From an uncultured Gemmatimonadales bacterium (lineage in GTDB: Bacteria; Gemmatimonadota; Gemmatimonadetes; Gemmatimonadales; GWC2-71-9), in NCBI GenBank assembly GCA_963779755.1, contig CAVZZO010000001.1, positions 320,001 through 384,000 of the forward strand: a DNA stretch of 64,000 nucleotides, given 5' to 3'. Shown piece by piece: positions 53,444 through 63,109 of this stretch; the stretch's first letter is position 1; the number at the start of each line of letters is the position of its first letter. Under the pieces are notes generated by a model. That model did no database searches and was not told where the DNA came from. It saw only the letters and a list, made by a program, of their open reading frames with translations. The position numbers and the translations under genes are program-made.

Positions 53444-53457
53444 CGGTTCGAGCCGGG

Positions 53458-54303
53458 TCAATCCGCGGCGGCGAGGCTCGCGGCGTCCGGCGCGCGGCTG
53501 CTCAGCCGCCGGCCGATATAGGCCAGCAGCAGCAGCAGGCCGAACATGCAGACGATGACCGGCCCGGTGGGGAGATCGTACCGGAAGGAGAAAGCCAGCC
53601 CGCCCGCCGAGGCGACCAGGCCGGTGAGCCAGCTGAGCGCGACCAGGACCCGCTGGCTGCGGCTGAATTGGAACGCCACGGCGGCCGGCACCACCAGGAA
53701 GGAGAACACCAGGAGCACGCCGGCGATGGGGACGGAGAAGGTGATCACGATGCCGAAGGAGAGATAGAAGAGGAAGTCCCACCAGCGGATGCGCCACCCC
53801 AGGCCCAGGGCTTTCTCCGGCTCGAAGGAGATGGTGAGGAAGCGGCGGCGCAGGGCAAAATGGAACAGCCCCAGCGCGGCGTAAATGATGGCCAAACGGA
53901 TGATGGTGGGCCAGGTGACCCAGAGGAGGCTGCCGACCAGGATGTCCTTGATGGCCTCGCTGCCGCGCGGTGCCTTGTCGGCGACGAGTATGGCGGCGGC
54001 GGAGGCCACGACATAGACGATGCCGATGATGGCCTCCTGCGGCACCCGGCCCCGTTCGTGGGTGCGGGTCAGGCTGAAGATGAGTGCGCCGATGGAGGTA
54101 AAGGCCAGGGCGTAGATGAAGGCGGTGGTGGAATCGGGCATGGCGCCGGCCAGCACCGCCACCGTCGAGCCCAGCGCCGCCATCTGCGCCAGGGAGAGAT
54201 CCACGAAGATCACCTCCCGGGCAATGATGTGGAGGCCCAGATAGGCGTGGATCGCCACGATCACCATGCAGGCCACCAGGGGCGGCAGGATCAGGTCGAG
54301 CAT
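53458..54303 (-). CDS. Metal ABC transporter permease (ZnuB/MntB-like)
   Basis: FVDLSLAQMAALG, EAIIGIVY, LVGSLL, GVLLVFSFLVVPA, DLPTGP. Confidence 0.9.
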   Translation of the reverse strand: MLDLILPPLVACMVIVAIHAYLGLHIIAREVIFVDLSLAQMAALGSTVAVLAGAMPDSTTAFIYALAFTSIGALIFSLTRTHERGRVPQEAIIGIVYVVASAAAILVADKAPRGSEAIKDILVGSLLWVTWPTIIRLAIIYAALGLFHFALRRRFLTISFEPEKALGLGWRIRWWDFLFYLSFGIVITFSVPIAGVLLVFSFLVVPAAVAFQFSRSQRVLVALSWLTGLVASAGGLAFSFRYDLPTGPVIVCMFGLLLLLAYIGRRLSSRAPDAASLAAAD

Positions 54304-54333
54304 CGAGGGTCCTTTCGGGGAGCGGGCGGCCGG

Positions 54334-55380
54334 CTACTTGAATACGGCGGTGAGGCCGTTGACCCAGGTATTGACCAGATCGAAATAGGTGTCGACGCCG
54401 GGCGCGCCCTGGGTGTTCTCGGGGACGATGACGGCCGTGGCACCGGTCTTCTGCGCCACCTGCTCGACGGCGCTCCGCGGGTAGTAGTTGGCGGAGAACA
54501 GCGCGGGAATATGGCGCGCCTGCATCAGGCTGATCACCTCCCGGACGTGCCTCGGCGTGGGCGGGATGCCCGGTTTCGGCTCGACGAAGGCGATGCAGGG
54601 AATGCCGAACCGGTCGCTGAAGTACACCCATTCCCGGTGGTAGCAGACCATTTCCTTCCCCCGCAGGATTTCCGTCTGCTTCAGCCAGCCGCCCAGCCGG
54701 TCGCTCAGCGGCCTGCCCTGGTACTGCTTGCCGCCCACGAAATCGAGAAACTTGTCGCTTCGCAGCAGGTCGAGCGTGGTCTCCGGGGTCAGCAGCTGCA
54801 CCAGATCGGAGCCGACCGTGGCCTCCAGAACCCGGCGCTCAAAATCCTTTTCACGCTGGGTGAAGAACCCGGCGTCCGCCGGTGCGATCCGCTGCAGGCC
54901 GGTGAGGATGTTCCGGGCGATGATGATGCCGTTGACCGGGTCGGTGTGAATGTGCGGGTTGCCCTCGGCGTGGATATCCCCCTGCGAACGATCGGTGGAC
55001 GTGGGGATCTCCAGCAGGTGGATGCCGGTGTAGGCCGTCACATACCCGGGGCCGCCCTCGATGACCTTGCGGTTGTTGGCCCGGTCGAGCAGCGGCGGGA
55101 CCCAGAGCTCAAGATCGAGCCCGGTGGTGACGAACAGGTCTGCGTTGCGCAGAATGGCAACGAAACTCGGCTTGGGCTGAACGAAATGCGGATCCTCGTC
55201 TCCCTGGGCGATGGCGGTGACCGTGCCGCGATCGCCCACGATCTCCCGGGCAATGGCGGCGTAGGTGGTGAGGCTGGTGACGACCCGGAGCGGGGCTTTT
55301 CTGGAGTGGGCAGAGGGGGCGGAGTCGGCGCTCATCAGCCCGATCGTCGTCGCGGCCGCCAGCAATGTCTGAAGTAGCAT
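54334..55380 (-). CDS. Metal ABC substrate-binding protein (ZnuA/TroA family)
   Basis: Signal peptide, DPHF, GLDLE.W, GNPHIHTDP, YH, EPKPGIPPTPRH. Confidence 0.93.
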   Translation of the reverse strand: MLLQTLLAAATTIGLMSADSAPSAHSRKAPLRVVTSLTTYAAIAREIVGDRGTVTAIAQGDEDPHFVQPKPSFVAILRNADLFVTTGLDLELWVPPLLDRANNRKVIEGGPGYVTAYTGIHLLEIPTSTDRSQGDIHAEGNPHIHTDPVNGIIIARNILTGLQRIAPADAGFFTQREKDFERRVLEATVGSDLVQLLTPETTLDLLRSDKFLDFVGGKQYQGRPLSDRLGGWLKQTEILRGKEMVCYHREWVYFSDRFGIPCIAFVEPKPGIPPTPRHVREVISLMQARHIPALFSANYYPRSAVEQVAQKTGATAVIVPENTQGAPGVDTYFDLVNTWVNGLTAVFK

Positions 55381-55411
55381 GTCGCTCTCCTGAAATACGG
55401 CCCGGGGGCCG

Positions 55412-56806
55412 TCAGTAGGTCTCGTGCTTGTGGGGACCCATGGCCCAGACGACCTGGAGCGTCAGGGTGTTGTCCGATGAGCCGTCCTGCATGCGGTGGT
55501 GCTGCCCCTGCAGGCGGAGGTAGACGAATTCGCTTTCCCACCAGGTAATGACCGGGGTGAGCATCCATTCGTCGGCATAGGGGCCGCGGGGTGCCTCGAC
55601 GTAATCGTACCGGGCGCCCAGGACCCAGCGCTGCCCGGCCCTGGCCTGCACGTCGGCGAACATGCCATAGCGGCTGCTGCGCGCCCCCGCCTCGCGGGCG
55701 TGCAGGCGGTACCCCTCCAGGCGCAGCGTCACATCACGCCGCGTTCCCGCCTCGGGGGGGCGCCAGGTGAACCGGAAGTCGGCGCCGAGAATGTTGCTGG
55801 TGAGGCTGCTGTCGCGGTTGCTGCCGACGGCGCCGGTGAAGCCCAGCTGGGCGTAGCTGCTGCGGGAGAGTTGCCAGAAGTTCTGCAGCCGAGCGAGTCC
55901 CACGGGCTGTGCGCTGCCGGCCAGGAAGGGGTCGCTGGCGGTGGTGGTACCCTGCAGCCACAACTCGTGCGCACCGCCGGCCAGGGACAGTGGCAGCAGG
56001 CTGTAGACCGAGATGCCGACCCCGGCCAGGCCCTCCGAGCCGAAGAACCGCTGATACACCAGCGGGTATTCGGTCTCCGGCAGAGCGTGCAGATGCCAGC
56101 GGTTGAGGTCTCCCACCTCCTGGCGGAACTTGCCGACGTCCAGCCGCAGCTTGCCGGGAAGGCCGGACCAGTAGATGTAGCCTTCCTCCACCCCGACTTC
56201 GTCCTGCTCGAAGGTGAGGAAGACCTTGGTGTTGGAATAGGGATCGAGAGAAGATTGAAAGGCCAGCTCGAACTCCCGCGCGTCGAAGTTGTTCCGCTGC
56301 ACCCCGCGGTCTTTGGCCGAGATGCGGATATCGCCGGTGGCGCTGATCTCCGGATTGAAGCTGTTGAGATTGCGCTGCTTGCTCACGAACTGAGTGCCGC
56401 GGGCCCCCGCATCGCCGCGGGCGGCCGGCTGCGCCGCTGCATCCCCGGCCGCCCCGGCGGCGGCGGCGCGCAGGGCCGCCAGGTCATCCGCCCCGCCGGT
56501 GTCGGCGGCAAGCGAGGGCGCGGCGGGAGCACAACGGGCTTGTTGCAGCCGGGCAACCCGGTCGCGCAGGCGGCGCAGCGCCGAGCTCATCGAGTCGGTG
56601 GCGGCATCGCCGGTGGGGCCCGGCAGCTTGAGCTGCAGAGGACCCCGGGGACAGCTGCCGGCGTCGAGTGAATCGAGCCGGGCCTGGAGCTGCTCTACGC
56701 CGTGCCGGAGGGAGTCGAGTCCGGCGGCGGGTTGCTGGGCCTGCAGCGCGGGTGCGGCGCCACTCAGCAGTGCCGCCAGCGCCAGAACGCCTGATGATGT
56801 ACGCAT
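55412..56806 (-). CDS. Outer-membrane beta-barrel/porin with N-terminal coiled coil, putative metal uptake
   Basis: Signal peptide, NPEIS..GD, amphipathic strands, His-containing C-terminus MGPHKHETY; GGGAG RBS. Confidence 0.78.
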   Translation of the reverse strand: MRTSSGVLALAALLSGAAPALQAQQPAAGLDSLRHGVEQLQARLDSLDAGSCPRGPLQLKLPGPTGDAATDSMSSALRRLRDRVARLQQARCAPAAPSLAADTGGADDLAALRAAAAGAAGDAAAQPAARGDAGARGTQFVSKQRNLNSFNPEISATGDIRISAKDRGVQRNNFDAREFELAFQSSLDPYSNTKVFLTFEQDEVGVEEGYIYWSGLPGKLRLDVGKFRQEVGDLNRWHLHALPETEYPLVYQRFFGSEGLAGVGISVYSLLPLSLAGGAHELWLQGTTTASDPFLAGSAQPVGLARLQNFWQLSRSSYAQLGFTGAVGSNRDSSLTSNILGADFRFTWRPPEAGTRRDVTLRLEGYRLHAREAGARSSRYGMFADVQARAGQRWVLGARYDYVEAPRGPYADEWMLTPVITWWESEFVYLRLQGQHHRMQDGSSDNTLTLQVVWAMGPHKHETY

Positions 56807-56946
56807 GTTGTCTCCCAGCCTGTGCGGAGTCCCCCGCAAGCGTCTTTGCGGAGCTCCCGCGCTTCGTCATCCCGGCGGTTCCTGCCGGTGCATTTCCACC
56901 GCCGCGCCTCTCTGGCGACGGGGGTGGAGGGGCTGCAGATGTCGAG

Positions 56947-57297
56947 TCAGACCAGGAAGGAGGGAGGGGCTCGGGAGAGGGTACTGGTATGGATCGTGAC
57001 CCCCGACCACCAGATGATCTCCGGGGAAGTGATCGGGAGGATACGCGTTTCGGGGAGGACGATGGCCCCGGAGGCCACCTGCCAGACGTGACGGGGGACG
57101 GACCACGCCAGGCCGAGGAGACAGCGCTCGGCGTGGCAGCCGCCCTCGTCGGACGATTCGAAGTGCGGACCGACGGCCTGTTCGGCGTGGCCCCGATGGT
57201 GGGCGAAGGCGTCGAACACCGGCACGCCCAGACTGCTGCCGACGAAGGCCAGCAGGAGGAGCAGGGCGAGGGCGCGGCGAGCCGAGCGGAAGCGCAT
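56947..57297 (-). CDS. Putative metal-sensing leader/arrest peptide 1 (116 aa, C-terminal SRAPP)
   Basis: Signal/TM segment, AHHRGH..PH..GGCHAERCLLG, LSRAPPSFLV-stop; paralogue of 63110-63448. Confidence 0.8.
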   Translation of the reverse strand: MRFRSARRALALLLLLAFVGSSLGVPVFDAFAHHRGHAEQAVGPHFESSDEGGCHAERCLLGLAWSVPRHVWQVASGAIVLPETRILPITSPEIIWWSGVTIHTSTLSRAPPSFLV

Positions 57298-57380
57298 GGT
57301 CAAGCGCAAGATAGCCGGGCGGCCGGGGCCGGAACACCGGGACGGCATACCCGTACGACGGTGGTCCGGCCCCACGGGAT

Positions 57381-60300
57381 TCAGACCTCCAGCCGGTCGC
57401 CGTCGCGGGCGACCACGGCATAGAGCGCGGGCATCAGCAGCACACTGATGAAGAGCCGGGAGAAGAGACCGCCGACGATCACCAGGGCAAAGGGCTTCTG
57501 CGAGTCCGATCCCACGCCGGTAGAGAGCGCCGCCGGCAGCAGGCCGAAAGCCGCCACCAGTGCCGTCATCATGATGGGCCGGAGCCGGAGCACGGCGGCG
57601 GTGCGGGTGGCTTCGGCGATACTGGAACCGGCCCGGCGCAGCTCGTTGGCGTAGGAGATGTAGACCACCGCGGTCTGCACCGAGACGCCGAAGAGGGCGA
57701 GGAAGCCGATCCCCGAGGACACCGAGAAGGGAGTCCCGGTCACCGCCAGTGCCACCAGGCCGCCGATGGGGGCGGAGAGCACGACGCCGGCCACGGTAAT
57801 GAAGGGAAACTTGAAATTGCTGTAGAGCGCAAACAACAAGAGGAAGATGATGAACAGGGTCAGCGGCACGATGATGCGGAGCTGGTGGCGTGAGCTGGTG
57901 TATTCCTGGTACTCGCCACCCCAGACTACCCGATACCCGGCGGGCAGATGGACGGTGGAGGTCACCTGTCGCTGGGCGTCCTGCACCGCGCCGGCCAGGT
58001 CGCGGCCTTCGACCGAGTACTGTACCCCGATGAACCGGGCGTTATCCTGGCGGTAGATGAACGAGGCTCCGTTGGAGAGCGCAATGGTCGCCAGCTCCTT
58101 GAGCGGGACCTGCGCCCCGCCCGGCGTGGCCACGAGAATGTTGCCGATCTCCTCAGGCGTCTGCCGGAAGCGCGGCTGGAGGCGGACCACCAGGTCGAAG
58201 GTCCGCTCTCCCTGCACCACGCCGGTAGCCGACACCCCGCCCACCGCCGCTTCGATGAGGCCGTTGATGTCATCCACGCCCAGGCCATACCGGGCGATCT
58301 TCGAGCGGTCCACCTGGATCGTCAGGCTGGGCTGGCCCAGCTCCTGGACCAGGGTGACGTGGCGGATGCCGTGCACCCGCTGGAGCACATTGCGGATCTG
58401 CTGCCCCTCGGTCTGCAGCGTGTCGAGGTTGGGACCGAACACCTTGACGTCCAGGGCGCTCTTGAGGCCGGTCTCGGCTTCGTCCACCGCATCCTCGGCG
58501 GGCTGGGTGTAGTTGAAGATGATACCGGGAAATTGCCGCAGCCGCTGATTGATGTCGTCGATCAGCTGGGCCTTGGTGTGGATCTTCCCCTGCCATTCAC
58601 CGTACGGCTTCAGCCCGACGTAGAACTCGGCGTTGAAGAAGCCGGTGGGATCGGTGCCGTCGTCGGGCCGGCCGTGCTCGGATGCGACCACGGTCACCTG
58701 GGGATAGGAGCGGAGAATGGCGCGAATCCGCGGAACGATCTGCGACGATTCTTCGAAGGAAATCGTGTACGGCATGGTGGCGCGAACCCAGAGCGCTCCC
58801 TCATCCAGGTGAGGCATGAACTCCGCGCCGATCAGGGGCAGCAGGAGCAGCGAGAGGGCGAAGATCGCCACCGAGCCGCCGATGGCGGGCCAGCGGTGCG
58901 CCAGGGTCCAGTCGAGCGAGCGTTCGTACGAGCGGCGCAGTGCCTCATAGAACGGGTTCCGCCGCTCCCGCACGCCGTGGCGCAGAATCCAGGAGCAGAG
59001 CACGGGCACCAGGGTCAGGGTGAGCAGCAGCGAGCCGATCAGCGCGAAGATCGTGGTGTCGGCCATGGGGCGGAAGAGCTGGCCCGAGGGACCCTTCAGC
59101 ACGTAGATAGGCAGGAAACCGGCAATGATGACCGCCACGGCATAGAAGATGGGCCGGTCCACCTCGGCGGCGGCCGCCGCGATGACCTCACGCAGGCGAT
59201 ACTGGGTGCCGTACCTGAGGGCGAGCTGGCGGTGGATGTTTTCCACCATCACTACCGCGCCGTCCACCAGGATGCCGAAGTCTATCGCGCCGATGGAAAG
59301 CAGGTTGGCCGGAATGTGCCGCAGGTCCAGGCAGATGAAGGCGAAGAGCAGGGCGATGGGTATGGTCACCGCCACGATCAATCCGCTCCGGATGTCATAG
59401 AGGAAAAGGATCAGCACGGCGATGACCAGGCTGATCCCCCGCAGCAGGTTGTCTTCCACCGTGCGGGTGGTGAGTGCGATCAGGTCGCTGCGGTCGTAGA
59501 ACGGATGGATCTTCACATCCTTCGGCAGAATGTGCTCGTTCAGTTCGCGGGTCTTCGCCTCCACCTGCTTGAGCACGGTCTGGGCCTGCTCGCCTTTCCG
59601 GAGCAGGATGACGCCTTCGACGGCATCGTTCTGCGCGTTGTAGCCGAACTGCCCCAGGCGCGGGGCATGGCCGATCACCACGCTGCCGATGTCCTTGACC
59701 AGCACGGGCGTGCCGTTGTGGACCGCGAGCACGGTGTTGCCGATGTCGTCCAGGGTGTTGAGCCGCCCCAGGCCGCGCACGTAGTAGAACTGGCCGCCCT
59801 CGGAGTAGAACCCGCCGCCGGCGTTGCTGTTGCCCTTGCCCAGGGCATCCACGACGTCGCTCACCGCCAGCCCGGCGGCCGCCAGGCGGGTCGGGTCGAT
59901 CTGGACCTGGTACTGCATGGTCTCGCCGCCCAGCGGGGAATCGTCGGCCACACCGGGGACCGACCGGTACTGCCGCACGATGACCCAGTCGTTCAGCACC
60001 TTGAGGTCCATCGCCGTCCGGTCGGGACTCTGCAGCACGTAGCGGTAGACCAGGCCCGAGGGAGAGAAGAGCGGCGATACGCCGGGGGCGACACCATCGG
60101 GCAGCTCCGCATCGGGCAGGCGTTCGAAGACCTGTTCCCGGGCGAAGTAGTTGTCGGTGCCGTCCTCGAAGGTGAGCCGGATGTTGGAGAGGCCGTAGAG
60201 CGAGATGGACCGGATGACCCGCAGGTGGGGCAGCCCGTTCATCTCGACTTCAAGCGGCACGGTGATGAGGCGTTCCACCTCCTCCGCGGCGTGGCCCGGC

Positions 60301-60497
60301 CACTGGGTGGTGATCTCCACCATCGGGGGAGAGAGATCGGGATAGGCGTCCACCGGCAGCCGGGTGAAGGACCAGATGCCCCCGCCGATCAGAATGAGCG
60401 CGCAGAGCACGACCAGGAACCGCTGATTCAGGCTGGTCCCGACGATCCGGTGAATGAACGAGGTGGCCGGCGGCGTCCCGGCGGGGCTCCCGGTCAC
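57381..60497 (-). CDS. czcA: CzcA-type heavy-metal RND efflux transporter
   Basis: LPVDAYPD, EEVERLITVPLE, TM4 GAIDFGILVDGAVVMVEN, RLRPIMMTA. Confidence 0.93.
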   Translation of the reverse strand: MTGSPAGTPPATSFIHRIVGTSLNQRFLVVLCALILIGGGIWSFTRLPVDAYPDLSPPMVEITTQWPGHAAEEVERLITVPLEVEMNGLPHLRVIRSISLYGLSNIRLTFEDGTDNYFAREQVFERLPDAELPDGVAPGVSPLFSPSGLVYRYVLQSPDRTAMDLKVLNDWVIVRQYRSVPGVADDSPLGGETMQYQVQIDPTRLAAAGLAVSDVVDALGKGNSNAGGGFYSEGGQFYYVRGLGRLNTLDDIGNTVLAVHNGTPVLVKDIGSVVIGHAPRLGQFGYNAQNDAVEGVILLRKGEQAQTVLKQVEAKTRELNEHILPKDVKIHPFYDRSDLIALTTRTVEDNLLRGISLVIAVLILFLYDIRSGLIVAVTIPIALLFAFICLDLRHIPANLLSIGAIDFGILVDGAVVMVENIHRQLALRYGTQYRLREVIAAAAAEVDRPIFYAVAVIIAGFLPIYVLKGPSGQLFRPMADTTIFALIGSLLLTLTLVPVLCSWILRHGVRERRNPFYEALRRSYERSLDWTLAHRWPAIGGSVAIFALSLLLLPLIGAEFMPHLDEGALWVRATMPYTISFEESSQIVPRIRAILRSYPQVTVVASEHGRPDDGTDPTGFFNAEFYVGLKPYGEWQGKIHTKAQLIDDINQRLRQFPGIIFNYTQPAEDAVDEAETGLKSALDVKVFGPNLDTLQTEGQQIRNVLQRVHGIRHVTLVQELGQPSLTIQVDRSKIARYGLGVDDINGLIEAAVGGVSATGVVQGERTFDLVVRLQPRFRQTPEEIGNILVATPGGAQVPLKELATIALSNGASFIYRQDNARFIGVQYSVEGRDLAGAVQDAQRQVTSTVHLPAGYRVVWGGEYQEYTSSRHQLRIIVPLTLFIIFLLLFALYSNFKFPFITVAGVVLSAPIGGLVALAVTGTPFSVSSGIGFLALFGVSVQTAVVYISYANELRRAGSSIAEATRTAAVLRLRPIMMTALVAAFGLLPAALSTGVGSDSQKPFALVIVGGLFSRLFISVLLMPALYAVVARDGDRLEV

Positions 60498-61627
60498 TGG
60501 TTCTCCGCGAACCGCAGAAACAGTCCGCCCTCGGCCACGATGCGCTCGCCCGGCGCCAGGCCGGAGGTGATTTCGTAGCTGTCATCCACGTGCGAACCGA
60601 GGGTGATCTGGCGGCGCTCGAAGCCTTTTCCTGAATCGGCCACAAACAGGAACGGCAGGTTATTCTCGTCGCGCTGCACCGCCGAGGCGGGCACCAGAAT
60701 GCCCCGGCGGCCGTGACGCGAGTAGATGGTGACACGGACGAACATATCGCGCTTGAGGACATCGCCAGGGTTGGGCGTCAGGATCCGGACAGAGGTCGCC
60801 CGGGTGTCCGGGTCTACCAGCGAGGCGACGTAGGTGACGCGCCCGGGGAAGACGCGGTTGTCGTCGGTGGGGCTGATGCTGGCCGAGTCGCCTTCGGTCA
60901 CGTCGGGCAGGTCGGATTCGAAGACGTTGGCCATGACCCAGACGGTGCCCAGGTCGGCAATGGTGAAGCAGGGTGTGGCGCCGCTCTCCAGCAGCTGGCC
61001 CGGGGTGATGAGCTTCTCCACCACCACCCCGGCGATGGGCGCGCGGATCACGGCCTGGGCGGCCTCGACCGCACGTCCCTGGCGGATGTCTTCGATGGTG
61101 GCGGAGTCGACGCCGAGCGAGCGCAGCTGCTCCCGTGCGGCATCCCGGTCGGCGGCGGCCGAGGCGGCGTCCGTCTGGGCCTGTTCCAGATCCCGCCGCG
61201 CCAAGGCGTCGGTGTCGAAGAGTTTCTGGTCAAGGTCGGCGATGTGCTGGGCGTTGTGCGCGGCCACCACCGCCTTGCGGTAGTCGGCGATGGCAGTGGC
61301 AAAGTCAGGGGACGCGACCACCGCCAGGGCCTGGCCCGCCGCCACGTGGGCGCCCGGCTGGACCAGGATACGTACCACCGGGCCCGAGATGGGCGCGAGT
61401 ACCTGCGTGCTGCGGTCGCCGTTGAAGGCCACGGTGCCGGTGACCGTGACGGACGGCTGAAAGGCCACGGGGGCAACCGGCGTGATCCGGAGCTGGTGGC
61501 GCTGGGCCGGAGTGAGAACGAACTCCGAATCGGCCGCGCCGTCGCCGCCGGCCGGCTCGGCACGGTGGCAGGCGCCCGCCAGCAGCAGGCAAGCGAGGGC
61601 GGCAAGAGCCCCGATCCTAGTGGTCAT
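60494..61627 (-). CDS. RND periplasmic adaptor (CzcB-like lipoprotein)
   Basis: Lipobox-like LAGAC, APISG, IRAPIAG, IADLGTVWV, GLAPGERIV. Confidence 0.92.
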   Translation of the reverse strand: MTTRIGALAALACLLLAGACHRAEPAGGDGAADSEFVLTPAQRHQLRITPVAPVAFQPSVTVTGTVAFNGDRSTQVLAPISGPVVRILVQPGAHVAAGQALAVVASPDFATAIADYRKAVVAAHNAQHIADLDQKLFDTDALARRDLEQAQTDAASAAADRDAAREQLRSLGVDSATIEDIRQGRAVEAAQAVIRAPIAGVVVEKLITPGQLLESGATPCFTIADLGTVWVMANVFESDLPDVTEGDSASISPTDDNRVFPGRVTYVASLVDPDTRATSVRILTPNPGDVLKRDMFVRVTIYSRHGRRGILVPASAVQRDENNLPFLFVADSGKGFERRQITLGSHVDDSYEITSGLAPGERIVAEGGLFLRFAENQ

Positions 61628-62939
61628 GCTGTTCTCCAGACGAGACGGTATCGAGCGGAGCGCCAATCGCGCGCTCCAGGTCGGCGCGGGCATCGTTGGC
61701 GGCGCCCAGGGCTTCGGCATACTGGCTTTTGGCGTCGAGCATGGTGCGACGGGCATCCAGCACCTCCAGGCTGGAGGACCCTCCCAGCCCGTAACTCTGG
61801 AGCGCGATCTGATAGGCACGGGTGGCTTCCGGCAGCAGCTCGTCACGCAGGTACACTGCCTGAGCGAGCGCGGTGGCGGCCGTGGCATAGGTGGCGCGGA
61901 CATCCTGCTCCACCTGGGCTTCGAGGTCGCGGTAGGTGGCCGCCAGCTCCTGCTCGTGGTGTTTCGATTCGGCAACCTCTCCGCCGATATGATTCCAGAA
62001 GAAGAGCGGGAGGGTGAACCCGATCGACGTGGTGTAGCTGTTGGGGGCTCCGCTCACCACGTTCTTTTCGACGCTGACACCCAGGTCGGGAACCCAGAAC
62101 TCCTTGGCCAGCGAGGTGGCCGCGGCGGCCCCGGAGCGGACGCGGGCCAGCCCCTGCAACTCGGGACGGTCGCGCAGGGCAATGCCGACCAGCAGGGACA
62201 GCTCCGGCAGGCTGTCGGGGACGCTCAGGGTATCGGTGGTGGCGATGCCGCCACCTACCGTGCGGCCGAGGAGACGATTGAGGTTGGCCCGGGCGGTGGC
62301 GAGGTCACGCTGGTTGGCCAGCAGGTTGTTGGCGGCCTGGGCGACATCTACCCGCGCCTTGATGACGTCGAGGCGCGGCACGGTGCCTCCCTCGAAGCGC
62401 GCCTCGGTCTTCTTCAGAAAATCCTCCGCCAGCGCCTTGCCCTCCTCCAGATCCGACTGGTGCTGCAGCGCGACCAGAATGGCGTCATAGGTCTGCGCCG
62501 TCGCCGAGGTCATCTGCTGCACCAGCTGGACGTAGGCGAATTCGGTGCTGCCCACCTCCGCCCGGCCGATCCGGCCCAGGAGCAGGAACTTGGAGGGAAA
62601 GGGCAGGGTCAATCCGACGCTGACGTCGCTGCCGGTCCGGGTGCCGGGCTGGAAGGGCTTGGCCAGCCCGGCGTAGTCGCCCGCGATCTGGGGATCGGGA
62701 AAGGCGGTGAGCTGGACCTTCCGGGCCCGGGCCTGGGCGATCTGCTGCCGCGCTGCCTCGAGCGCCGGGTTGTGGGCCAGCACGCTGTCGATCGCCTGCT
62801 GCCGGGTCAGGGCCAGGGCGCCCGGCGCCCCGCTCTGGGCGCGGGCGGACCTGCCCACCACCACACTGCAGCCGAGTACGATCGCCAGGCCGCGCAGTCG
62901 TCTGAAGCCGGGGATCAGGTATCCCCGTTGGTGTCTCAT
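61617..62939 (-). CDS. TolC-family outer-membrane factor (CzcC-like)
   Basis: HNPAL, RFEGG, RPEL, LPLFFWN, SSLEVLDARR; start placed at MRHQ after AGGGGA. Confidence 0.9.
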   Translation of the reverse strand: MRHQRGYLIPGFRRLRGLAIVLGCSVVVGRSARAQSGAPGALALTRQQAIDSVLAHNPALEAARQQIAQARARKVQLTAFPDPQIAGDYAGLAKPFQPGTRTGSDVSVGLTLPFPSKFLLLGRIGRAEVGSTEFAYVQLVQQMTSATAQTYDAILVALQHQSDLEEGKALAEDFLKKTEARFEGGTVPRLDVIKARVDVAQAANNLLANQRDLATARANLNRLLGRTVGGGIATTDTLSVPDSLPELSLLVGIALRDRPELQGLARVRSGAAAATSLAKEFWVPDLGVSVEKNVVSGAPNSYTTSIGFTLPLFFWNHIGGEVAESKHHEQELAATYRDLEAQVEQDVRATYATAATALAQAVYLRDELLPEATRAYQIALQSYGLGGSSSLEVLDARRTMLDAKSQYAEALGAANDARADLERAIGAPLDTVSSGEQHDH

Positions 62940-63109
62940 GCCATCCCCTGTGTCAGGATGCTCCGGGTGAAGTCGCAGCATCCGTCGCGGCCGCGCCACC
63001 GCCCCCGCTAGGCCGGGAGCTGCACGACGGCGTGCCGGATGTACACCCTGCGGTCAACGTCCTGGGGGACGCCTGCCGCGTACCTCATGTCAGTTTGTGA
63101 TGGGAAACT

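Noticed and set aside
53442..53457. tRNA T-arm-like GGTTCGAGCC
   Set aside because: No cloverleaf or acceptor stem; it sits between a stop codon and a terminator
57948..60578. 876-aa plus-strand ORF and many similar long overlapping ORFs
   Set aside because: Antisense or alternate-frame shadows of clear genes, expected in GC-rich DNA, with no recognisable motifs
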